38,337 bases of DNA, from assembly GCA_041946805.1 (NCBI GenBank), contig JBHGBC010000046.1:1-38337 (forward strand). The letters run 5' to 3'. Shown in pieces: positions 35,377 through 38,337 of the stretch (positions within the stretch are counted from its first letter, which is position 1; the number at the start of each line of letters is the position of its first letter). The position numbers and the translations under genes were made by a program. A model generated the notes under the pieces. The model had not been told where the DNA came from. It did not search any database and saw only the letters and a list, made by a program, of their open reading frames with translations. Source of the stretch: a bacterium (GTDB lineage Bacteria; Hinthialibacterota; Hinthialibacteria; Hinthialibacterales; Hinthialibacteraceae).

Positions 35377-38337
35377 TCAAAACACGTCCCACACGGCGAT
35401 GTTCGCATCCACCGGCGTGGGAGTGGAGATCGCGCCGTAATGAATGGTCAGCCGCGGGCGCTGGCCGGGATCGGCCGCGTTCCGGCTGGCGAAGCGGTGT
35501 TCCAGCCATTCGCCGCCTGCTGTCCGTAACATCAGACCGTAATTGAGGGCGGTACCGTTCATCCACTGCCTGACCAGGCCGGTCACGTCCCAACTCACCC
35601 AATCCGGATTCGTGAAGGGGGGTATGGTGGCCGAGGCGTGCAACGCGGGATCGAAATCACCCCCCGCCGCTGTCCACGGCATTCCCGGCCCGGCCAACGT
35701 CCAGGTGGCTCCATCGGGAACATAGCCGGTTTCCGGGAAGGGATTGTCGCCCGTGCCCTCGATCCAGGGTGAGGTGACACGGTAAACCTGCACTTCCTGG
35801 GGGCGGTCATCGCCCGCGTCCGTGTTCCGGACGTGATACAGCGACAAAACCGCGCTTTCGATGGGCGCTCCCGGCGGAACCAAGCCCAAATCGAAGCGGA
35901 TCAAAATCCGGTGATGTTCCTGTTCTCCGTAATACAAGCCCAGCAGTTCCCATCCCCCCAACTGCGAATTCGCTTGCCATAGGTTCGAAATCACTGCGTC
36001 GGTACAATCCGCATACCCGGCATCGGGGCTGACGTTCTGTTGGAAGATCAAGGTTCCCGGCCCTATCGGAGAGATCAGCGTGGGCGTGTCCGTTGGGCCT
36101 CCCGGAGTGGGAGTAGCAACCGGAGGAGGCGTCGGCGTTGCGGCGGACGGCGGCGTGGACGTGGTTTCCACTCCCCCCTCCGGCGCGAAATGCAGAAAGA
36201 TGGTTCCCGCCGCCACCACGTTGACCAGTTCCTTGCTGGAATGATAGTGGCTCAAGTCACCGGGATAGAATGGATCCCGCGCGCCCGTGTTGAAACTGGG
36301 AACCGCGTACTCCAGCAGCCAGCGCGAATCTCCCGTGGCCGCGGAACCGAGCGCGAAGGCGTCCGCCGCCAGCAGCATCCAGGAGTTGATTTCATCGCCG
36401 GTGACCCCGCTGAACCACGCCCGGTCTCCCTCGCGCGTCATGTGGTTGGCCATGGACCGCAGCACATGCTCCAAAGCGGGCAGCGCGTCCGGATCGAGTG
36501 CGATCCCCGCGTCCCGGGCGGCCAGGATGTACTCGCCGTGGCTGCGCCCGAACAACGCCGAGGGCCAGCTGGCCTGCTCGAAATCACGCTGGTTCAGTAC
36601 GTACCACCGCGAGGTCCGCCCGGCGGCCTGCAGATACGCGGAATCCCCTGTCAGCCGCCAGGCCCACACCAGGATGCGCTGCACGTTGGCGGCGGCCCGC
36701 AGCGTTCCCAGCCCGTAGCCTTCGCCCGTGCCGCCGCCCCAGGCTTCCACGGCAGTGGGATCGTCGCCCGTGTTGCGGATGCGCCACAGGGTGTTCTCCG
36801 CCATTTCGAGCGCCGCCGCGCGCACCACTTCATCCCCGGTCAGCAACGCCCGGGCGGCCATGCCGGTGAAGCCGTAATACAGGTCCGTGTTGGGATTGTT
36901 GCAGTTGCGGTGGGGATTGGTCAGTCCGCTCTCGTCGTGCAGGCTGTGCCCCCACGCGCCCCCCTCGAACCACGCCCGGCTGGACGTGTAACCACTCGCG
37001 CGCGAGTGGAAGATGTCGATGTCCGCGAAGTGCCGGTTTCCCACCTCCGCCCATTCCCACCAGCGCGCGTCGCCACTCCGGAGCGCTTGGTGGATAAATC
37101 CCAATCCCACATCGTACTTCAGGTTATAGGGACTCCGGCCGTCCTCGAAATCCGTGGGCAGGTCGCCGAAATCCGTCCAGCCAAAGAGGTCCCAGCGTTG
37201 TTGCGCGTCCTCGATGCTGCGCGCGACGCCGTCCCGGTTCTCGCGGCCGGGATCGAATTGCGCGTCCAGGTAATCTTCGTACTCCCCATAATATCCACTG
37301 TACCGGCGCGGTCCGATATACCCCAATCCATGCGTGGAACGCATCCAAGCGAACACGGGATACGCCGCCGCCCGCCAGGGAGGAGAAACGGAAGGATCGA
37401 GGCTGATCCACGCATCGTGAGTCTTTTGCTCTCCCGCCCGCAGATGGTGATCGATGGCGTACTCCCCAGGAAACAGCCCGATTTCCATGCGTCCGCCCCG
37501 GGCCCGCAGCGCTTTGGGGAACTGCTCCCGGAACCAGGGAATCTCCACCCGCACGCCGCCCGCCGTCATCACGCCATCCGCATAATTCCCGCTTTCGGCC
37601 TCCAGTCCGTTCCGCGTCCGGACGAATCCCCGCCGGGTCACGCCCGATTGCATGCGCGGCCCGTGTCCCACGTAAAAGTTCCACTGATCCGTGCCGCTCG
37701 AATCCTGGTAGAGAACCTCCTCCGGCGCGGGGGCTCCCGCGAGATCCAGCGACCAGGTGATGTCGTCGAACAATAGGGTCCCCGGCGAGTTGAGGCCCTG
37801 GATCACGGGCTGCCCCTCGCTCACTTCACAATCCCCGTTGTCAGCGCCGGGCGCTTCGTTTCCCCAGAACGCCCGGTTGTGATTGACCAGCGTCAGCCGA
37901 GCGCGGAAGTACGGCAGTCCCGCAAAGAAATGCAACCTCGCCACCAGATCCAGGCCATGAACCGCTTCCGGGGAGCGCAGCGTCACCACCGCGCGCAACG
38001 GCCCGGCTTCCTCAATTTCCAAACTGGCCGGCTGGACGGGGACGTTCCACAATCCGCCGTCGATCCGCACCGCCCCATCCGCGCTTTCCACGCTTCCCAA
38101 TATGCCGCTGTTCCGGACTACGTGATACCGCCCCGCGCCGGTATCCACAATGAGACCCTCATCCCCGGCATTGGTGATCGAAATGGCACGGGATGGAGCC
38201 GCCGGTGTTCCCTCCTCCAGGCGATAGGCTTGTCCGTTTTCGGCCTGGAAATCCACCAACAGCCAGCTGATTGATCCTCCGGGGCCCGACCGGGCGGCGG
38301 CGCGGATCTGACTGGGCACCGGCCCGCGCGTGTCCAG
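35377..38337 (-). CDS. Large probably secreted protein (5'-truncated): PL26/PcRGLX-like region, PT linker, DNRLRE-type domain, ending ...ANIAVWDVF
   Basis: Frame stays open to the window edge. GSISWLLVDF, E.GPLRAVV, FREQFPK.L, GW.DFGD, N.KYD and RHFADID motifs; the C-terminal domain has FQQ, DA.I, LIRFDL, I.SA.LSL, V...W.EG, ATW, WDVT.LV..W, NYG.ML and RPRL. Confidence 0.8.
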   Translation of the reverse strand: MDTRGPVPSQIRAAARSGPGGSISWLLVDFQAENGQAYRLEEGTPAAPSRAISITNAGDEGLIVDTGAGRYHVVRNSGILGSVESADGAVRIDGGLWNVPVQPASLEIEEAGPLRAVVTLRSPEAVHGLDLVARLHFFAGLPYFRARLTLVNHNRAFWGNEAPGADNGDCEVSEGQPVIQGLNSPGTLLFDDITWSLDLAGAPAPEEVLYQDSSGTDQWNFYVGHGPRMQSGVTRRGFVRTRNGLEAESGNYADGVMTAGGVRVEIPWFREQFPKALRARGGRMEIGLFPGEYAIDHHLRAGEQKTHDAWISLDPSVSPPWRAAAYPVFAWMRSTHGLGYIGPRRYSGYYGEYEDYLDAQFDPGRENRDGVARSIEDAQQRWDLFGWTDFGDLPTDFEDGRSPYNLKYDVGLGFIHQALRSGDARWWEWAEVGNRHFADIDIFHSRASGYTSSRAWFEGGAWGHSLHDESGLTNPHRNCNNPNTDLYYGFTGMAARALLTGDEVVRAAALEMAENTLWRIRNTGDDPTAVEAWGGGTGEGYGLGTLRAAANVQRILVWAWRLTGDSAYLQAAGRTSRWYVLNQRDFEQASWPSALFGRSHGEYILAARDAGIALDPDALPALEHVLRSMANHMTREGDRAWFSGVTGDEINSWMLLAADAFALGSAATGDSRWLLEYAVPSFNTGARDPFYPGDLSHYHSSKELVNVVAAGTIFLHFAPEGGVETTSTPPSAATPTPPPVATPTPGGPTDTPTLISPIGPGTLIFQQNVSPDAGYADCTDAVISNLWQANSQLGGWELLGLYYGEQEHHRILIRFDLGLVPPGAPIESAVLSLYHVRNTDAGDDRPQEVQVYRVTSPWIEGTGDNPFPETGYVPDGATWTLAGPGMPWTAAGGDFDPALHASATIPPFTNPDWVSWDVTGLVRQWMNGTALNYGLMLRTAGGEWLEHRFASRNAADPGQRPRLTIHYGAISTPTPVDANIAVWDVF

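Overview
GC-rich bacterial chromosomal window with 21 credible protein genes. I found no rRNA, tRNA, CRISPR array or transposase. Housekeeping and transport genes are the 3' end of pckA, a GHL10-type glycoside hydrolase, a STAS protein, hflK-hflC, a fused sugar ABC permease/binding protein, a YfcE-type phosphoesterase, an mntH-USP fusion, an amidase and an HhH-GPD glycosylase. They are interspersed with many large exported proteins: a dockerin-like/PT-linker protein, a heparinase II/III-like lyase, a multidomain subtilisin, a PL26-like/DNRLRE protein, two orphan pilin-like proteins, and a thioester protein (GCGEQ plus catalytic His) of the metazoan CD109/TEP type next to a TMTC-like GT-C glycosyltransferase. 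The strongest candidates for novelty are: (1) a shared extreme C-terminal [V/I]-x-x-W-x-hydrophobic-x motif on three unrelated secreted proteins, a possible sorting signal; (2) the complement-like thioester protein with its TMTC neighbour; (3) a 394-bp non-coding element with perfect 21-bp terminal inverted repeats, sitting in the loop of a REP-like hairpin and packed with other REP-like units. Most intergenic spacers carry mosaics of at least six REP-like families. The pilin family and C-terminal motif suggest a Sumerlaeota/Ca. Hinthialibacterota-like organism; this is an inference from recall and has not been verified.
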